Source of the DNA: an uncultured delta proteobacterium
GTDB taxonomy: Bacteria > Myxococcota_A > Polyangia > Polyangiales > Polyangiaceae
Direction of reading: 5' to 3'
Length of the DNA: 64,000 bases
Assembly: GCA_963806225.1 (NCBI GenBank)
Contig: CAWDXG010000001.1
Coordinates: forward strand, 1,152,001 to 1,216,000
Made by a program: the position numbers and the translations under genes. The notes under the pieces are model-generated. The model saw nothing but the letters and a program-made list of their open reading frames with translations. It made no database searches and was not told the DNA's origin. Below are positions 30,121 through 41,270 of the stretch, in pieces (the stretch's first letter is position 1; the number at the start of each line of letters is the position of its first letter).

Positions 30121-30839
30121 CCTGCGGTTCGGCGTCGTCGAAGCTGCAGCGCATGAAAGCCGCGCTTCCGTGGTCACGAATTCGGCTCGGCATACACGTC
30201 ATCCGGTCGCGCGTCTACGCGGCTGCTGGAAGAGCAGAGCTGAGCCGCGCCGCGAATCACTGTTGCCGCAGCGCTGCCGCACGGTTGCGGTCGGGCTGTG
30301 AGGGCAGCCGATGAAACTCCGAGCGGCTCTAGCCCGCCTTGCCCGACTCCCGCGCCTGTAACCGCGGGTCGAAGACTCTCTTCAGTTTCAGGACCTGCTC
30401 GACGGCCCAGTTCCGGTACTCCTCGAGCTTCTCTTCCGGGTCCTCGATGGCGCCGTCGCGGTAGAGCGCGATGCGGCAAGCGCGCTTGCCGTCGAGCGCC
30501 TCCCACTCCGGCGGAGCGTCGAGCTCGTGTTCGATCTCGGCGGCGTCAGCCTTGAAAGTCTCGAACGTGGCGCGATTCTCTTCGGCGTCTCCCGTGTGTC
30601 GGTGGGCACCAGGATCCGCGCATATTCGGTGAAGACGGCGGGATCGGCGGGGTGACCCATCACCGGTCCGCCGTTTGCTGGTCCGGTGGCGTGCGGGTCG
30701 GATAGACGGTCGCCCCGCCAAATGGCGAAGGCCCAGGAGTGGGAGCTCCCGGGCCTTCTGGTCTCCGAGTGTCGTTGGAGAGACGCGACGTTCACCACAC
30801 CTCGGAAGCCATGTCCAGAAAACGGCGGCCGGATGGTGA

Positions 30840-31304
30840 GTGTCGCCGGAGACGTATCGGCTTTGTTCCTGTGATCGCTGCGGAGCGCAGTTGAGGCTCT
30901 GCGCGGGCTGTGACTGGGGACAGCGGTTCTGCCAGCGGTGCCGACCGGTCCAGCGACGGGAAAGCCAGCGAGCCGCTGGTCGTCGGTACCAACAGACGTC
31001 GCAGGGGCGTCGGCGTCACGCGGCTCGACAAGCTCGCTACCGCGAGCGGCAGGCCAAGTTGTTGGAGTCGAAAGTGACGCATCCCACGATGACGCAAGCT
31101 CACGCGCAGTCGACACATCCGGCGCCGGCAGAGTCCGGCGGAAAGGATCGTGTTCATGACACTGCATTGCCGGCCCGCAACGGGTCGCCCGATCGTTGTT
31201 CGTTCTGCGGACGCCTGCTGCCCGCCTGGTCGAGACGTCACAGAGGACGTGCGAGGCCGCCACCACGACGCCGGCGCGCGCCTCGGCCGCCCCGAGCGCG
31301 CTGA
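30840..31304 (+). CDS. Cys-rich (zinc-finger-like) passenger ORF in IS21
   Basis: CDRCG..CAGCDWGQRFCQRC, HAARQARYR, CSFCG. Confidence 0.6.
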   Translation: MSPETYRLCSCDRCGAQLRLCAGCDWGQRFCQRCRPVQRRESQRAAGRRYQQTSQGRRRHAARQARYRERQAKLLESKVTHPTMTQAHAQSTHPAPAESGGKDRVHDTALPARNGSPDRCSFCGRLLPAWSRRHRGRARPPPRRRRAPRPPRAR

Positions 31305-31313
31305 GGTGGGGCG

Positions 31314-32810
31314 ATGATCTCGAAGGAGCTTGAAGCGGAGGTGCTTCGCCTCTTCTATGCCGAGCGCTGGCTCGTCGGCACCATCGCCACGCAACTCGGC
31401 ATCCATCACACCACGGTGCAGCGGGTACTCAACCAGGCTGGTGTCGAGCCGCGTGTGATCGCACCCCGGCCGTCCATCGCCGACCCGTATCTGTCGTTCA
31501 TCGTCGAGCAGCTCGAGAAGTTCCCGAGACTCTGTTCCAGTCGGCTCTACGCGATGGTCAAGGACCGGGGCTACCCCGGAGGGCCCGACCATTTCCGACG
31601 GATCGTCGGCCGTCATCGTCCGCGCAAACCCGCCGAGGCGTATCAGCGTCTGAAGACGCTTCCGGGCGAGCAAGCGCAGGTGGACTGGGCGCACTTCGGG
31701 CGCGTCGAGATCGGCCGTGCGACGCGCGTGCTGTGGGCGTTCGTGATGGTGCTGAGCTGGTCGCGGCAGGTGTTCCTGCGCTTCTTCCTCGGCTCGTCGA
31801 TGCCGTTCTTCATTCGCGGACACGTCGACGCATTCGGCGCGTTCCAAGGGGTGCCGCGCGTCCTGCTGTACGACAACTTGAAGAGCGCGGTACTGGAGCG
31901 GCGCGGCGACGCCGTCCGGTTCAATCCACGGCTACTCGAGCTCGCCGCGCACTACCACTTCGAGCCGCGTCCCGTCGCGGTCGCTCGAGGCAACGAGAAG
32001 GGCCGCGTCGAGCGCGTCATCCGCTACGTCCGCGACGGCTTCTTTGCTGCCCGCAAGTGGCGCGATGTCGACGACCTCAATCGACAGGCGGACGAGTGGT
32101 GTCACGGCCTCGCCGCGGAGCGGCGCTGGGCCGAGGACCACGATCGCACCGTCGCCGAGGTGTTCGCGGAGGAGAAGGGCAAAATGCTCTCCCTTCCCCA
32201 GGACCCGTTCCCGTCGGAAGAAGTCGTCGAAGTCGCCGTCGGCAAGACCCCTTACGTTCGCTTCGATCTCAACGACTACTCCGTACCGCACGAGCGTGTC
32301 CGCACGACGCTGGTCGTGCGCGCATCGCTCGACCAGCTACGCATCCTCGACGGCAACGACGTCGTCGCGACCCACGCCCGGTCGTGGGATCGCGGCCAGC
32401 AGATCGAAGACGCGGAACACCTCCGCGGCCTCGCACAGCACAAGCGACAAGCCCGGCAGCACCGCGGTCTCGACCGGCTTGCAAAGGCCGCACCGAGCAC
32501 CGAGAGCTTCATGACGCGCATCGCCGAGCGCGGTGGCAACATCGGCAGCACGACGGCGCGCCTGCTCGACTTGCTCGATCGGAGCTCGGCCGTCGATCTC
32601 GAAGCCGCTCTCGTCGAGGCCATCGCCCATGACAGGATCCACCTGGGCGCCGTCCGGCAGATCGTCGATCGCTTGCGCGGCGAGCGGGGTCGGCCGCCCT
32701 TGACCACCGGCGTCAGGCCCGAGCGCCACGCCGGACTCGTGGTGCGACCGCACGCACTCGGCAACTACGATGGCCTCGGTGTCGCCGACAAGGAGGCCGA
32801 CGATGACTGA
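31314..32810 (+). CDS. istA: IS21 transposase
   Basis: [26 protein letters not shown]. Confidence 0.93.
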   Translation: MISKELEAEVLRLFYAERWLVGTIATQLGIHHTTVQRVLNQAGVEPRVIAPRPSIADPYLSFIVEQLEKFPRLCSSRLYAMVKDRGYPGGPDHFRRIVGRHRPRKPAEAYQRLKTLPGEQAQVDWAHFGRVEIGRATRVLWAFVMVLSWSRQVFLRFFLGSSMPFFIRGHVDAFGAFQGVPRVLLYDNLKSAVLERRGDAVRFNPRLLELAAHYHFEPRPVAVARGNEKGRVERVIRYVRDGFFAARKWRDVDDLNRQADEWCHGLAAERRWAEDHDRTVAEVFAEEKGKMLSLPQDPFPSEEVVEVAVGKTPYVRFDLNDYSVPHERVRTTLVVRASLDQLRILDGNDVVATHARSWDRGQQIEDAEHLRGLAQHKRQARQHRGLDRLAKAAPSTESFMTRIAERGGNIGSTTARLLDLLDRSSAVDLEAALVEAIAHDRIHLGAVRQIVDRLRGERGRPPLTTGVRPERHAGLVVRPHALGNYDGLGVADKEADDD

Positions 32811-33561
32811 CCGCACCCCGGAAGACATGAAGGAGCGCCTCCGCCAACTCGGGCTCTTCGGCCTCCTCGCATGTTGGGACGAGATTTCTGGCAAGCCCTG
32901 GCTCGCCGACGTCCTGTCGCTCGAGGAGCGCGAGCGTCAGCGTCGCAGCCTGGAACGCCGGCTTCGCACCGCGCGCATTGGCGCGTTCAAGGCCATGACC
33001 GACTTCGACTGGACCTGGCCGAAACGCGTCGACCGCGACGCCATCGACGAGCTCTTCGGCCTCGGTTTCCTCGACAGCGGCCACAACGTCGTCCTGCTCG
33101 GTCCCAACGGCGTCGGCAAGACGATGATTCTGAAGAACGTCGCCCACCAGGCGGTCGTACGCGGCCATACCGTCCGCTTCACGACCGCGAGCGACATGCT
33201 GGCGCACCTCGCTGCACAGGACTCGTCGACCGCTCTCGCCCGCGGTCTGCGGCGCTACATCGTTCCGCAGCTGCTCTGCATCGACGAGGTCGGCTACCTC
33301 TCGTACGACAGTCGCTATGCCGACTTGCTGTTCGAGGTGGTGACCCGCCGCTACGACGCCGGCAAGGCGATCGCCCTCAGCACCAACAAGGTCTTCGAGG
33401 AGTGGTCGGAGGTCTTCCCCCACGCCGCTTGCGTCGTGACCCTCGTCGATCGACTCGTGCACCGCGCCGAGGTCATCGAAGTCGATGCCGAGAGCTACCG
33501 TCTCAAGGAAGCCAAGGAGGCCAACGTCGCCAGGAAGCATCGCCGCAAGAAAAAGCCCTGA
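32803..33561 (+). CDS. istB: IS21 helper AAA+ ATPase
   Basis: [29 protein letters not shown]. Confidence 0.93.
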   Translation: MTDRTPEDMKERLRQLGLFGLLACWDEISGKPWLADVLSLEERERQRRSLERRLRTARIGAFKAMTDFDWTWPKRVDRDAIDELFGLGFLDSGHNVVLLGPNGVGKTMILKNVAHQAVVRGHTVRFTTASDMLAHLAAQDSSTALARGLRRYIVPQLLCIDEVGYLSYDSRYADLLFEVVTRRYDAGKAIALSTNKVFEEWSEVFPHAACVVTLVDRLVHRAEVIEVDAESYRLKEAKEANVARKHRRKKKP

Positions 33562-34537
33562 ATCCCGCCGGTGAAGCGCGGGTCACCGGTGAACTTCACG
33601 GCTCCGCCCCGCGCAGTTCACCGGTGAACTTCACCGCTTCTTCACCGCTTGGACGCGGAAACTCCCGCCCGCCAACACCGTGTCGAGGTACAGCTCGGCG
33701 CGGACGCGACCACCATTCGCGAAGCTCACGCCGTACGTGAAACCGCGATGGCCCGAGCTGAAGCTGTACCAGTTCTGCGGCTGCCCGGCGCGCGCGTTGG
33801 TGAAACGATGCTTCTCGCGCAGGTCGTCGATGAGCTGCTGGAAGAACTGGAGATAGCGTTCCTGCTTGGTGCTGAGCTCGCTACTTCGAGCGGCGGGAGT
33901 GCTGCGACGCGACCAGTCGTTCGGAAACGCGATGAGTCTGAGGTTTGCGGCCGGCTTGGACGAGTCGACCTGGAGCAGTTCGACGACGACCCCGAAGAAG
34001 TCCGTGCTCGCATGACCCCTGTTCAGCCAGTCGAGCGCCAGGCGGTGCTCCTCGCGGAAATCGCGCGACACCCAGATCACGACGCCCGCATCCAGGCCCG
34101 CAGCGTACGTGATGAGCTGTCCGAGGTGTCCGTGGTCGGTGGGCTCCAGCTGGTTCTCGACGACCACCGCCCGACCTGTCCCGAGGTCCTTCGCAAGGAT
34201 GTCGGCCGAGAAGTTCCCGACCGGCGACTACTTGTCCACGAGCTCTAGGTCCAGGCCCAGGGCGTCGCCCAGGACGTCCAGGTGCTCGGCCAGCCACGGC
34301 GTGAAGTCCTGGGCTTCCCGGGGCCAGACGGTACGGGGGTCGATGCGAGTGAGGGTGCCGAGTTCCTGCGCGGTCATTGGCCCTCCTGGCCGGTGGATTT
34401 CCGCTCAGAGTTTCTCTTCCACCGAGCGGGTGGCGTCAAGCGCCCTGCCGCTTCCTCACACGCCCAGAAGGCATGCATGCTTCGGCAGCAGTGCGTTCCG
34501 ATCCCGCCGCATTCCACGTAGTATGTGGCGGGATCCG

Positions 34538-35772
34538 ATGGGTGCCGGTGCAGACAAGCCGATGGTCAAGCGCGTCATTCCGAACCTGGGCTACGTGCGG
34601 ATCCCGCTCTTCCCACCGGCAGATGATGTGTATCAACTGCTGGTCGAGTCGGGGGAAGTCAGACGGCTCAGCCAGCTCGCGCACCTGGGGGCGCTCACGT
34701 GCGCCTACCCGGGAGCGCGGCAGACGCGTTGGACTACACCGCCGCCATGTTGCACATGGCGGTGCAGTTCCGAAACGCGCATCCCACTACCGGGTTCAAG
34801 CTGGGCGGAGGCGTCTTCTCCTCCACAGCGGCGCTGTTCCAGACGTTCGCACTGCTGCAGAACGTCGGGCACCTCCCGGGCACGTTTGCTGTCGAGAAGG
34901 GCGTGTTGAGATTCCTGAGACGCGAGGACGGACGGCTGGAATCGCTGCCTTGGCCGGACCGCGTGACGGAGGCGCAACGAGCCCAGCTCTTCGAACAGCT
35001 GGAGCAATTCCTGGACGCTGCCGACTACAACGGCATGTCACGCGTTGTCGGTCTGTTGAAGCTCCTCATCGGTCTCGGGCCCAAACAGGAAGTGCGCGTC
35101 CCGCCTTGGGTGACCATGCTCTACGCAGCGTGGTTCCTGCCAGACCTCCGATTGGAGGAGGAGCAGGACCGCTGGGCAGCTGCCGAACTGGAATTCTCGT
35201 GGATTCGACGCCTCGCCTACCTGAACCAGGACACGGCCCTCGTGGCTACGCCGACCACCGTGTCGGTCGCCCCGCTTCTCGCACGCGCTGCGAGCGACCC
35301 GTTAGGCGTCGGCGACGCCATGCGCCACTCACGTGAAGTGCTGCGCGCGTTCGAACACACCATCTATGAAGGGTTCTATCATCATCCTCGCGCACGCGCG
35401 GTAGCGGCCGTTGCAGCGCATCTGACCGAAGCCCGCTTGCGGGAAGCCCCGCACTGGCAGGACGAGTTGCTGAAGTGGGCATACAGTGCCTCGCTGGATG
35501 ACGTGGTGCTCGACGGCGGCATTGCCAGACTGTCGGGGGAGACACGGCCCGTCATGAGCATCTCGCTTCGCGGACGCTTTGCTTCGCTGGACGTGCCGCT
35601 TGTCGAGGCGGAGCATGAGCTCATCGATGCACTCTCGCGAAGGCGGGACTACGAGATGGCGACCATTGCCCACAAGTTGTACGAGGCGACGTCCGTTCCG
35701 TCTGCGTCGGTACTGGCGAAGGATCTCGAAGCGCTCCTCGGGGCGTACGATGATTACCTGCAGGGGCACTAG
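34538..35772 (+). CDS. HD-superfamily (SAMHD1/dNTPase-like) protein with substituted metal ligands; frameshift near 34730
   Basis: RRLSQLAHLG...YPGARQTR, LLQNVGHLPGTF, RRLAYLNQD, YEGFYHHP. Confidence 0.6.
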
Positions 35773-35820
35773 GGAAAGCCGGACGAGCGTCGGGCGAGCA
35801 TGTTGGTTTGGGGACCGCGC

Positions 35821-37548
35821 TCACGCGTCCGAGGCCGGAGCCCTCGTTGCCTTCTGGGCGTCTTCAATGCGCTGGTGCAGCACCGCTAGCAATGCCATCC
35901 ACTGCCCGAAATGCGACGGCTGGCCGTGTTTGGTCAGCCAGTCGATGAGCGCCAACTTTCCAGCCTCGGTGAGAGAAAAGTGCCAGATCTTGGTCTGGGG
36001 CCGGAGGTTCTTCCCGTCCAGGTGCCCCTCCTCGCCAACCTCGGCCAGGAACTTCTTCATTACCGAGTTGGGAAACATGTCTTCTGCTTCAACCGGAACA
36101 TTGTCGTAGGCAACCCATTGCTTGTACGAAATGACTTCTTTCTTGTTCTGCCACCTGAACTTGCCAGTCAGCAGTTGTTGCGCTCGCCGGCCCTCCTCAT
36201 CCTCGTCGAAGAGTGCCGAGATCGGCCGTGTCGACTGGTAAAGGCCCTTCAGCGCCACGGCCTGGAAAGCTGCGTCCACGGCGCCCGTGGCGGGAACGAT
36301 GTCGATGCCAGCGAGTGAGGCACCTCCGCGTGCGGCAGCTAGCTCGAGGTAGCGCTGATCAGTCCACCCCTCGACAACCAGAATCAGCTTGCCTGTGTCA
36401 CTAACCTGTTCTGCCCGTCGGAGCAGCGTCGCAAAAACCGGCGAGCCCAGCAGTTCCGTGCGCGCGATGTCCGGTCCCCCGTTTGCGATCTTGGAGCGGC
36501 CCTTCGCGTCCTTGCTGACGGTAAAGAGTTTCGCGCTGCTGGTTGGGTCCCCACGGAACAAGAACGGAGAATGGGTCGTAACGAGTACGCTCACGTCGTT
36601 GCGCCGGGTGAACTGCTCAAGGCCGACCCCGAGAGCGCGGTGCGCTTCTGGATGGAGGAAGGATTCCGGCTCCTCGATTGCGAACACCACCGCCCGGCGA
36701 GAGCTGTCCGCAATGAACGACAGGAGCATGAGCAGCGTGGCGCCGCGTACGCCAGTGCCTTTCTGATCGAGGCCAGTCTTGACTGCATCGCGGACGAGGA
36801 ATCTAGCGCCAGCGACTGCGTCTGCAACCTCCGGAACGCTTGGTACGAGATCGACCTCGCTGATGTCTCTGACGTATCGATTGATCCGTTCCTGCACGTG
36901 TCGCGCGAGCGGTTGCAGCACCTCGCCCAACGCCTGGGCGTACTCCGTACGCTTCTTCTCCGCCGCTTCGACCTTTGCGCTATGCCCTTCCTCGACGACG
37001 GTGCCGAGGATTTCCTTGAAGCCCCGCGCGAGCAGGCTGTCCAGATCCTCCCCGCTCCGTATGTCGACAAAGCGGACGACGTTCCGGAACTGCCTTACCG
37101 CCGCCGCCAGTTTTCGAGGATCGCCCTTAACGACGCCAGCCTTCGTGAGAAGTAGCTCTTGTCTGGCGGACTGGTTCACCTGGACGTGGAACCGCACTAT
37201 CCCACGGCTCGCTAGGCTCGGGCCCTTGAAGTCGGGAACCGAGCGCTCGTAGGCTTCGGCGTACCGAACCAGGGTATCGATGGGCCCCTTCGCCTTCGTG
37301 ACCTCGAACTCGAGAGTAACCGTCGACTGCGCGTCGGCGCGGTACCCATCAGGCCGATCTACGGCGCCGTCGTACGGGTAGGATGGGTCGAGCGCCAATG
37401 CAACCGCGCGCAAAAGATTGGACTTGCCGGCGTTGTTTGGGCCCGCGATGTAGTTGATGCCCTGGCCAAGCGCGACTTCCGCGGACGGCTTGGCGTCGTC
37501 GGAGCTGAGCGAGCGGAAGTTCCGGACCCGGATACTTTTCAGGAACAC
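35821..37548 (-). CDS. OLD-family ABC ATPase + TOPRIM nuclease
   Basis: NFRSL, GPNNAGKS, KGTG, IEEPESFLHP, TTHSP, VVEGWTD, FDED. Confidence 0.85.
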   Translation of the reverse strand: MFLKSIRVRNFRSLSSDDAKPSAEVALGQGINYIAGPNNAGKSNLLRAVALALDPSYPYDGAVDRPDGYRADAQSTVTLEFEVTKAKGPIDTLVRYAEAYERSVPDFKGPSLASRGIVRFHVQVNQSARQELLLTKAGVVKGDPRKLAAAVRQFRNVVRFVDIRSGEDLDSLLARGFKEILGTVVEEGHSAKVEAAEKKRTEYAQALGEVLQPLARHVQERINRYVRDISEVDLVPSVPEVADAVAGARFLVRDAVKTGLDQKGTGVRGATLLMLLSFIADSSRRAVVFAIEEPESFLHPEAHRALGVGLEQFTRRNDVSVLVTTHSPFLFRGDPTSSAKLFTVSKDAKGRSKIANGGPDIARTELLGSPVFATLLRRAEQVSDTGKLILVVEGWTDQRYLELAAARGGASLAGIDIVPATGAVDAAFQAVALKGLYQSTRPISALFDEDEEGRRAQQLLTGKFRWQNKKEVISYKQWVAYDNVPVEAEDMFPNSVMKKFLAEVGEEGHLDGKNLRPQTKIWHFSLTEAGKLALIDWLTKHGQPSHFGQWMALLAVLHQRIEDAQKATRAPASDA

Positions 37549-37599
37549 ATGTTCTCCCTGGTTGGGACTGTGCCTCTCGCGTATTCGCGGCCTCCCGGC

Positions 37600-38595
37600 G
37601 CATCAGAGGCCGAGGCGCGCTTCTTGTCCTTGGGCGCGTGCAGCGTCATCGAGCAGCCGAGCGTCCGGCGCGCGAGGTAGGCCGTGAGCACCAGCGGCGC
37701 GGCGGCGTCGGGGATGTCGAGCGTGCAGGACAGGCTCTTGGTCGCGATGAGCTCGTCGCAGTCGTCGCGCAGCCGCGCGGCCTGGTCGCCCGTGTGGGCG
37801 CGCGACAGCTTGAGGCGCACTTCGCGGCCGAGCTTGCGGCTCATGATGAGCGAGAGGTCACGCTCTTCCTGGTGCCAGCTGGCGACGGAGTCCTCGACCT
37901 CGGGCATGTCGCGGCGCAGCGGCGCGTCGCTCTGCACCTTGGTGACGAGAATCCTTCCAGCCCGCGTTCATGCGGTCGAACTGGCTGACGCCCGCGCTGT
38001 CGTGGCGGAAGTGGCGCACGACCTCGCGCAGGATGTAGCGCTGGTCGGGCACGTTGAAGCCGTCGTCGTGCAAGAGCAGCGTGGCCTGCGTGAGCACGTG
38101 CATCCACGACCAGTGGTAGACATCGAGCCCCTTGGTGAGGCCCTTCGCCAGCGGCACGGGGTGGTGCTCGGGCAGGGCGGTGAACTGGTTCGAGAGCGTG
38201 ATGACCGCGTCGACGCCGTTCAGCCGCGCGAGCTGGACGTAGGCCTCGAGCTGGTCGCGCTCGATCTCGGCCTTGCCGATCTTCGCCTCGACGATGGCGC
38301 GCCAGGTCTTCTTGCCGGTGTTGACGACGATGAGGCCGTCGGGGCGGTGCTTCACCTCGCTCGGCACGTCGCGGAACACGACCTCGGTGAAGCAGCGCAC
38401 CTTGGCGCGCGTGCCGAGCCGCACGCCCAGCCCGCCCAGCATCGCCCCCGCGAAGTCGTCCACCGCCGACAGCGTCGCCAGGAACACCGAAGCCGCCCGC
38501 CGCTCCTTGCTCTTGTCCGCCAGGACCGGTATCAACCGAGCCTCTTCACCGCTCGCTACGTACTCGGGTACGTCCGGCACAACACTGCTAGGCAT
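37600..38595 (-). pseudogene. PD-(D/E)XK nuclease-like protein, frameshifted and 3'-truncated
   Basis: ARLIP, FTEVVF, RPDGLIVV, IVEAKIG, VITLSNQ. Confidence 0.6.
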
Positions 38596-38685
38596 GGGAT
38601 CCCTCCGATCCTCACACGGTACCGGTAGCGAACCCCAAGCGAAACCCCCGTCTCGAGTGGGCTGAGCGCGATCACGCGGCGGTGC

Positions 38686-39495
38686 CTAGCGATTCCACAT
38701 GGCGAAACGCGCTGGGCGCTTCAAGTCGTCGGGATTGCACGGGTTGGGTCGGAGGTATTCCAGGTTTCCGCGCAGGTCGAGTGGCGTGCGGCGCTCCGCT
38801 CTTTCGACGCGACCAATCCGATCGGATGTTTCCATGCGTAGGGCCCCCGGCCGGGCGCGATCCACCGACTGCTTGTTGATCACCGCGTTCGACTTCAAGA
38901 ACCGGATGAGCACCTGCTCGACCTGGTGGCGCAGCATCTCGTCCTTGATCTCCACGTACGCGGCGTTGGCCACGATGGGGAACTTGAACCAGAACTTCTC
39001 TTCGTGGTCCTTGACGCGGCGGGCGATGTCGCCGCCCTTGCCGACGTACACCGGGCGGTCGCTCACGTCGTAGAACACGTACACCCCAGGAAGTCGCGGC
39101 CGATCGTTCTTGTCGTGCGGGTCGAAGTCGGTCAGTGGCCCCAGCCCGGCGATGTCGCTGCCCTCCTGCGCGACTTCGACGACCTCGGGCGGTGCGTCCT
39201 GGTTCAAGGCGCGTTCGAGCTTCTGGCGTGTGTTCTCGCGGGGGTTCGGGCTCCGGCCGGATTCGATCTTGTAGATGGCCGGCACCGACACGCCGGCCGC
39301 TTCGGCGAGCTCGGGAACACTGAGGCCGCGCGTTTCCCGCGCCCGGTTGAGCCAGCGGCCGAACGCCTGGCTCGTTTCCGGGCTCTGGCCTCCGTTGCTC
39401 TTGCGGGGGCCGGGGCGGACCAGACCGAGCGTCTTCTCGAGTTGCTGGAGTTGGTCCTCCTTCGGGCGCGACTTGTCGGCCTCCCAGTTCGAGGG
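38686..39495 (-). CDS. XRE HTH(s) + GIY-YIG nuclease, 5' end fused to upstream remnant
   Basis: SNWEADKSRP (HTH tail), LSVPELAEAAGVS..IESG, PGVYVFYD...VYVGKG..IARRVKDH. Confidence 0.7.
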   Translation of the reverse strand, partial: PSNWEADKSRPKEDQLQQLEKTLGLVRPGPRKSNGGQSPETSQAFGRWLNRARETRGLSVPELAEAAGVSVPAIYKIESGRSPNPRENTRQKLERALNQDAPPEVVEVAQEGSDIAGLGPLTDFDPHDKNDRPRLPGVYVFYDVSDRPVYVGKGGDIARRVKDHEEKFWFKFPIVANAAYVEIKDEMLRHQVEQVLIRFLKSNAVINKQSVDRARPGALRMETSDRIGRVERAERRTPLDLRGNLEYLRPNPCNPDDLKRPARFAMWNR

Positions 39496-39830
39496 CACCG
39501 CGATCTCCCTCCCGTGCAGCCCGTAGTACGACCGCCCGTTCTCGAAGTCCTCGCGTAGCCGGCGGCCGACGACGAAGCGGTGCTGCTCGTCGATGGTGAC
39601 GTAGCCGCGGCGCGGCGCGGCGCGGCGACCCAGTCGTCCTGCGCGAAGAACACGGACTCGGCGACGAGGCAGCAACCGATGCGCCCGCCCGCGTCGGCCT
39701 GGATGCGCGCGCGCGAACACCCCCGAACCCCGCCACCGCGTTCGCCGGCGCCTTCAGCTTGAAGAAGAACGGCGTCCCCGCCTCGAGCCGGAACGCCCGC
39801 GCCGAAGGCCGCCAGAAGTTCGCATCCTTC
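39496..39830 (-). pseudogene. Remnant of HNH-type putative restriction endonuclease
   Basis: NFWRPS...PFFFKLKAP..AVAGFG, IGC..FF..DDW, GYVTID...RRLREDFENGRSYY; HNH core deleted. Confidence 0.65.
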
Positions 39831-40114
39831 GGGCCTGGACTTTTGGACCGGACGTCACCATCCCGACCACGAACATGCTCGTGGCCTACTTCGACGATTG
39901 GTATGCCGTCCACACCGGCTCCGGATCCATGCTCGTGGTCTGGGCCGATGATCGCTGGGGCCCGGGCGAGCTCTACGCCGTTCCCATCGACTTCTCGAAC
40001 TGTCCCTGAGCAACCCTACGACGCGGCCAGCAGAGTGAATTGCGGGGAGCGGAGCCGGCGCCTTGGCGTCACCCCGGCTGCGATTGACACGGCACGGCCA
40101 CTTCGCGAAGCTGC

Positions 40115-40169
40115 TGACGCGCCAGCGCGCGAGGAGGGTGACGCGCCAACGCGCGAGGAGGGTGATGCG
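40115..40169 (+). repeat. 24-bp tandem duplication covering the RBS
   Basis: TGACGCGCCA(G/A)CGCGCGAGGAGGG x2 plus a partial third unit. Confidence 0.8.
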
Positions 40170-40622
40170 ATGACAGATTCGGGCACGACGGCGCTCGTCG
40201 TCTTCTTCGACCTTGGGGGCACGCTCGTGACCGCTCATTCCCGGAAGTGGATCCCGGGTGCACAGGCAGTGCTCGCGGCGCTCCGCGAGAAGGGGGTTCG
40301 CCTCGGGATCCTCTCGAATACCGCGGAGCTCGATCGCAAAGGCCTCGAGAAGATTCTTCCGCCCGGGTTCGACTGGAGCGTCTTCGAGGAGGACCTGATC
40401 GTGCTCTCCTCGGAGGTCGGTGTGGAGAAGCCCGACCCCAGGATCTTCAAGCTCGCGCTCGACCGCGCCGGGGGCACGCGCGCGGTGTTCTGCGCCGAGG
40501 ATCCGACGCACAGCCTGGCCTCGCAGTTTGCGGGACTGCCGTGCGTGCGGATCGTGCCTCCGGTGGATGGCAATCTCGTCCAGCCGCTCACCACGCTCGA
40601 GGAACTTCACCTCGTGAAGTAG
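40170..40622 (+). CDS. HAD-family hydrolase
   Basis: FFDLGGTL, ILSNT, SSEVGVEKPDPRIF. Confidence 0.8.
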   Translation: MTDSGTTALVVFFDLGGTLVTAHSRKWIPGAQAVLAALREKGVRLGILSNTAELDRKGLEKILPPGFDWSVFEEDLIVLSSEVGVEKPDPRIFKLALDRAGGTRAVFCAEDPTHSLASQFAGLPCVRIVPPVDGNLVQPLTTLEELHLVK

Positions 40623-40650
40623 CGCGGCCTTGGCGGGCCGCGCTGTTCCG

Positions 40651-41154
40651 TCACTTCGGCGGATAGCGGACGAGGTAGTGGTCGGACGAGCTGCAGCTCA
40701 CGCTACCGGCGCCGAAATCGACAGGGCACACGGGCTTTCCGACCGCTACGACGACATTACCGTCGGGGTCGAGCGCGATGGGGCCGCCCACGCCGACTTC
40801 GAGATCGCGCGCCCACTTCACCTTGCCGGATGCGTCGAGCGCGCCGACCGCCGCGTGCGGGATTCCGTCGGGCCCGATAGGCGCGCCTCCGAAATCGATG
40901 GAATGGCTCGCGTTGCCCACCACGAAGACGTTGCCGCTGGAAGACACGGCCGCGCCGAAAAGTATCGACGTGTCGAAGCCCGACGGGTCGAAGGCGTCGG
41001 CCCAGCGCACTCCGCCGTTCGCATCGAACGCCAGTGCAGAGAGCGCGTCGAGGCCGCCGATCGTGCCGCTTCCGGGATCGAACGGCCCGTCTGGAAAGCC
41101 GGACACCACCGGTCTGCCCTGCGCGTCGATTGCGATCGTCGCCTTTCTCTCCAT
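40651..41154 (-). pseudogene. SBBP/beta-propeller repeat protein C-terminal fragment
   Basis: IAIDAQG, AVSSSGNVFVVG, IDFGG, LDASGKVKW. Confidence 0.5.
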
Positions 41155-41270
41155 CAGCTTCAGCGGGTAGGTCTTGCTGAAGACCGTAGCCAGCGAGGAG
41201 TCCAGTTTGATCGGATTGCCGCTTCCAATCGGAGTACCGGCTTACGTCCGGAAAACGCGCGGGGCCTGGT

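Larger units (their letters stand above)
30597..33677 (+). mobile_element. Complete IS21-family element with 5-bp target duplication CCGTG
   Basis: TG...CA ends (TGTCGGTGGGC / GCCCGCCAACA); CCGTG at 30592-30596 and 33678-33682; 17-bp subterminal repeats at 33583 and 33618. Confidence 0.92.
30329..34377 (-). pseudogene. DUF4268-domain protein with PD-(D/E)XK/NucS-like N-terminus, split by IS21 and carrying a nonsense codon
   Basis: EAQDFTPWL, ADILAKD, VVENQLEPTDHGHLGQLITY; removing the IS and one TSD restores ELYLDTGDAEEN in frame; TAG near 34229. Confidence 0.85.

Noticed and set aside
35821..37548. Gabija or retron call for the OLD protein
   Set aside because: No UvrD-like helicase, reverse transcriptase or msr-msd seen nearby
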